Origin: Camelus ferus
Lineage: Eukaryota
Direction: 5' to 3'
NCBI RefSeq assembly: GCF_009834535.1
Contig: NC_045696.1
Coordinates: 67,644,001 to 67,708,000, forward strand
Length of the DNA stretch: 64,000 nucleotides
Under the pieces are notes generated by a model. The model was given only the letters and a program-made list of their open reading frames with translations. It was not told where the DNA came from and searched no databases. Position numbers and translations under genes: made by a program. This document shows positions 62,931 through 64,000 of this stretch, one piece after another (the first letter of the stretch is position 1; each line of letters begins with the position of its first letter).

Positions 62931-64000
62931 GAGTAGTCAGAGGCCAGTGTTACCAATAATATCTATCTCATCTTCCATATCAGATGTTAAGCTCTTTGAT
63001 GATGAGCTAAATTTTAATCGATTTTTGCATGTCCTTTGGCATTTAGAAATATGGCATCTAGATGGAGTATGTTATATATTGTAAGTAAAATTTTAAGAAA
63101 AATAGTTCTACGCAGCAATATAGTGACACCGGTACTTTGTAAGCAGCTGTTGAGCTGCACAGAAAGACCTTCAGATGCCACAAAATTGCAGATGCTGGAA
63201 AAGCTACCCCCTATTGATAAACACTTCAGGCCAATTATACAAAGAACCATTATGAAGACTGCAAAGTACTGCAGTAGTCATTTCAAGGCAAAGGGATAAT
63301 TTGAAAAGGGATAACGTGAAAGAGAAGGGCGAAAGAAACTCAGCTGGTGAGACGTACACGTCAAGGCGAATGACATGATGTGAACAGAAAGTCTTGAAGA
63401 TGAGATGCCACCCATTTGCCTGTTACTGATTATATTGCCACCCGAGGTGGAGACTGGATGAGAAGACCAGTAGGATCCCTGGCTTCTCAGAAGAATGTCC
63501 CCGCTAACCTACTGACCCTGTCATAGCAACAGAAGTAGATGAAACCCTCATCCCTCACCTGTGTTCACGCTGTCCCTCACTTAAGAATACTGTTTTTAAA
63601 TGCTTAGGTGCCATTAAAAAAAAAAAATGGAGTAGCGTCATACTTTATCATTCTTGGTGAAGTAATTAAAACCAGAACATTTATAAAAACATGCGACTCT
63701 AGTTCATCACCCAAAATCTTACATTTTGAACCATCATGGCTTCCATTACTACTTGTCTTGAGAACTTTCCCTGCCACTCGTGAGAGAGTAAGTGGTGCGT
63801 CTTTTCTATTTTCACTTCTCATTCAACAACCACACTCCTCCACTGCTCCGAGAACGGGAGGCTGTGTCTGTTTAAGTATACAACTATCGGAATCTGGAGA
63901 TACAAAATCCATGCTAATAAAGTGGCCCATACCTTCACATTTCTTAATATAAAAGCTCTTCTATTTCTATTTCTATCTTTATTCGTAAGAAGTTCATAAG

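Noticed and set aside
1..64000. All ORFs in the supplied track as protein-coding genes
   Set aside because: They are short (165 aa or less), many use non-ATG starts, many overlap repeats, and none shows a recognisable domain except the L1 ORF2 remnant; this fits chance ORFs in mammalian non-coding DNA
1..64000. CRISPR array, operon or other prokaryotic or novel defence system
   Set aside because: The sequence is mammalian, with no repeat-spacer array or gene-dense segment

Overview
This is 64 kb of non-coding mammalian genomic DNA, most likely camelid (camel, alpaca or llama). That call rests on two Vic-1-type tRNA-derived SINEs and a young camelid-type L1 3' end, recognised from recalled consensus sequences. 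I recognise no intact protein-coding gene, and the ORF track is essentially chance ORFs plus LINE/LTR remnants. The window is dominated by ancient mammal-wide repeats: about 30 MIRs, many L2 pieces, L3/CR1, an L1MC-like 3' end, MLT1 and MLT2 LTRs, and MER5A, MER58A, MER20-like and Zaphod-like hAT elements. Between them lie repeat-free blocks that look like regulatory DNA, with an AP-1 cluster, a paired octamer and a PBX-HOX motif. All L1 fragments are on the + strand and long A-runs are mostly on +, which suggests a large intron of a minus-strand gene that I cannot name. Several splice-site-bounded candidate exons exist but are unverified. I found no convincing evidence of a novel biological system; the findings are modest, checkable oddities. 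Repeat boundaries and subfamily names were read by eye and are approximate.
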